The notes under the pieces are model-generated. The model had not been told where the DNA came from and made no database searches. It worked only from the letters and a program-made list of their open reading frames with translations. Below, in pieces: positions 62,498 to 64,000 of a stretch of 64,000 nucleotides of DNA. Every line of letters begins with the position of its first letter. Position 1 is the stretch's first letter. The DNA comes from the human T2T-CHM13v2.0 reference genome, Homo sapiens: the NCBI RefSeq assembly GCF_009914755.1, contig NC_060926.1, one strand, 5' to 3'. The translations under genes were made by a program, and so were the position numbers.

Positions 62498-62749
62498 TTT
62501 TTTTTTTTTGAGAGACTACTTGCTCTGTTGCCCAGGCCGAAGTGCAGTGGCGCAACTTCGGCTCACTGCAAACTCCACCTCTCAGGTTCAAGTGATTCAC
62601 CACCAGGCCCAGCTAATTTTTGTATTTTTAGTAGAGACGGGGTTTCGCCATGTTGCCCAGGCTAGTCTTGAACTCCTGACCTCAGGTGATCCACCAGCTT
62701 CGGCCTCCCAAAGTGCTGGGATTACAGGCATGAGCCACTGCACTCAGTC
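62498..62749 (-). mobile_element. AluS with internal deletion
   Basis: poly-T plus reverse dimer missing about 40 nt. Confidence 0.86.
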
Positions 62750-63368
62750 TCCTACTTTCAATAATAGAGAAGAACTAGGCAGAAAATGCAACAAGAATAT
62801 AGGAAACAGACAACAACACTACAAACCAATTTGACCTAATAGACATCTATAGAACACCCCACAGAATACCCCATACGACAACAGCAGAATGTACAGTCTT
62901 CTTAGGCACACACAGAACAGTCTGTAGTACAGACCACATTAAGCCATAAAACACAACCAAGAATCCAATTAAAAACTGGACAATATTGTGAATGAAGAAA
63001 CATTATGGCAAATAACCACATAAAAAGCTGCTCTACATCATTAATAATTAGGGAAATGCAAATTAAAACCATGATGAAATGCTACTTTACACCCCCTAAA
63101 TGGCAATAATAAATCTAGATAATAACAACTGCTGGCAAGAATAGGGAGAAACTGGAAACCTCCTACAATGCTAGTGGGGATGTAAAATAATGCAGGTATA
63201 CTGGAAAACAGTTTGACAGCTCCAATGAAAGTTAAAGGTAAACTAATCATATAAGCAACAATTCTAATCCTAAGTATCTACCATGAAAAATGAAAACATA
63301 TGATCACAAAAGGACTTTACATAAATGTTTATAATGGCATTATTTATATTAATCAAAAAGTAGAAACA

Positions 63369-63780
<412 letters not shown>

Positions 63781-64000
63781 CTACAATCTCAATGAACCTC
63801 AAACAAACGAACAAGAGTATACTAAATGAAAAGAAGCCAGAAGAAAATGACTACTATCATTTGATTCCTTTTAAATGAAATATCTCAAAATGGGTAAATC
63901 TACAGAGACAGAAAGTAGATTAGTGAGGCTGGAAATAATAGGTACTGGCTACAAATGGGCAAAAGACATCTTTTTTAAGTGATGGAAATGTTCTAGAATT

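Overview
Human/primate genomic DNA lying entirely inside USP34 (ubiquitin-specific protease 34), which is transcribed on the minus strand. I traced 17 consecutive coding exons. All are GT-AG and in frame; from memory of the reference transcript they are exons 9-25, about residues 359-1181, N-terminal to the catalytic domain. The introns are dense in repeats: about 55 Alus, a 12-kb nested L1 block antisense to the gene, MER6, MER20, MER33, MER58A, Tigger3/4 and MER82-like DNA transposons, an MST LTR, and MIR/L2 relics. The most unusual element is a ~740-bp retrocopy at 42385-43123, inserted into an old L1 ORF1. It copies the 5' end of PPP1R8 (NIPP1) but runs unspliced from exon 1 into intron 1 and ends at AATAAA plus an A-tail. 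It looks like a genomic fossil of a prematurely (intronically) polyadenylated transcript. Other points: fold-back templated insertions on both sides of exon 21, a micro-inversion inside a MER82-like element, several candidate cryptic or poison exons, and a Thr allele at codon 661. Gene and repeat names come from recalled sequences, not database searches, and repeat boundaries are approximate.
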